A stretch of DNA of 64,000 nt. It comes from Eledone cirrhosa. Lineage: Eukaryota. The DNA is taken from positions 36,952,001 through 37,016,000 of the forward strand of contig OZ024745.1 in assembly GCA_964016885.1 (NCBI GenBank). The letters are read 5' to 3'. Within the stretch, counting starts at the first letter, position 1. Every line of letters starts with the position of its first letter. Below the pieces are notes generated by a model. It worked only from the letters and a program-made list of their open reading frames with translations. It was not told the origin of the DNA and searched no databases. Positions 62,671-64,000 of the stretch are shown piece after piece. Made by a program: the position numbers and the translations under genes.

Positions 62671-64000
62671 CCTGGAGGGTTTGTGAAGAGCTTGGGTACA
62701 ACATCTTCTGCCAGATGAAACCAATACCAAAAATATGTTAAAAGAGTAGCATCCAAAAGAGGAAGTTATCTTTAAACCAAAGATCTGATTTAAATGCTTG
62801 TGTCAGTATGGATTCTGCTAAACACACTCAACGATCAGCTGGTGGTGGTGGTGGTGGTGGTGGTGTTAAACCAGGTGACAGATTAAGTTTACCTCCTTCA
62901 GAACAAGAATGGCCCCTCTGATAGACTTCCACAGTTTCTATCTACCTAATTTGACCCTCAAGGCTATGGTAGGGGACACTTGCTCAAGTTGCTATGAAGT
63001 GAAATTGAACCCAGAGGCACAAGTGTAATATAGAGAGGAGCATGTGTAGCTAGATGATAAAGGTGTTATAGAGAATGACATAGTTGCATAGTACTAGTGT
63101 AATATTGAGAGGAGTACATGTTTGTGAATAGTAAAAATAGTACAGTGGTGAGTAAGAGGGAAAGAAAGAAAAAAGTAAAAATTGTAAATGAAAGGTGAAA
63201 TGGTGACAATTAGGGACTGAAAGGTCTTTTATAATGTCATAAATGTGATGAGAAAGCTACTGCATACCTGTACAATAGACTATATTACACAGGTGTGACC
63301 CAGGGTACCTGTTACAGCTGTTTTAGTATGGGTAATGTGTGTATGTGTGTTTCAGATGTGATTCAGAGCACTCAGTACAATTGTTTTACTGTGGGTATAT
63401 TAAATGTAATCCTGTGTACACAGTACAGCTGTTAGCACTATGTGTACATGTGTATATATCTCAGATATGATAGAGGGTACACAGTATGCACATATATATA
63501 TATGTATGGATCCATAACTATTGATGAAGTTATAGGAGTGTTATAGAGACATTTTGTATGTCTTGAACATATAAATCTGATTGATCCTATCTCTCTTCTG
63601 ATCTGAACACAACTGATTTCCTCCAGAGGAGAAAGATATAGAGGAAGAATCAACCCCAGTACTAACTGGTATTTTTTTTACTGACCTCAATAAGATGAAA
63701 CGTTAAGTTGACCTTGATAAAATTTGAGTGCAGAGCGATAGAACGGATACAGCAACATATTCTATCTGATGTTTTAATGACTCTGCCAATTTGTCATCAC
63801 AGTTCACAGTACAGCTGTTGTAATGTGATCTGTCACACGTTTTTCAAGAACACCCAATATACCTGTTGAATGTATGTGTGTGTTTGTGTACATAGTACAG
63901 TTGTTTTAATGTGGTCAATGTGTGCGTATGCTTCAGATGAAATCCGAGTCCAACTTTTGATGTCTGTAACAGTATGAAGGCTTATTGCTGTGTAGTCCAT

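Overview
Eukaryotic, AT-rich, repeat-dense animal DNA; the SINE and RTE families resemble those I recall from octopus (coleoid cephalopod) genomes, which is an inference. Two spliced genes are arranged head-to-head. APH1 (gamma-secretase subunit) lies on the minus strand, with five coding exons at 11127-3617 and its 3' end beyond the left edge. An FBXO30/FBXO40-family F-box gene lies on the plus strand (exons 56629-56686, 58782-60638, 61054-61260; about 694 aa). The rest is introns and intergenic DNA. It holds four copies of a young RTE LINE whose RT carries an embedded PHD finger, a second near-full-length RTE family, a CRE-clade (RLE) retrotransposon, a Penelope-like element with a degenerate minimal hammerhead ribozyme, several tRNA-derived SINE families, piggyBac-type MITEs, foldbacks and microsatellites. 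I see no new host pathway. The most interesting signals are retroelement biology: the PHD-RT LINE and its SINE partner, a variable 112-bp 3'UTR array, a three-level nested insertion, templated 5' extensions, and a CpG and TE-orientation switch around 22-33 kb that predicts two long 5' introns. TE boundaries without a stated TSD are approximate.
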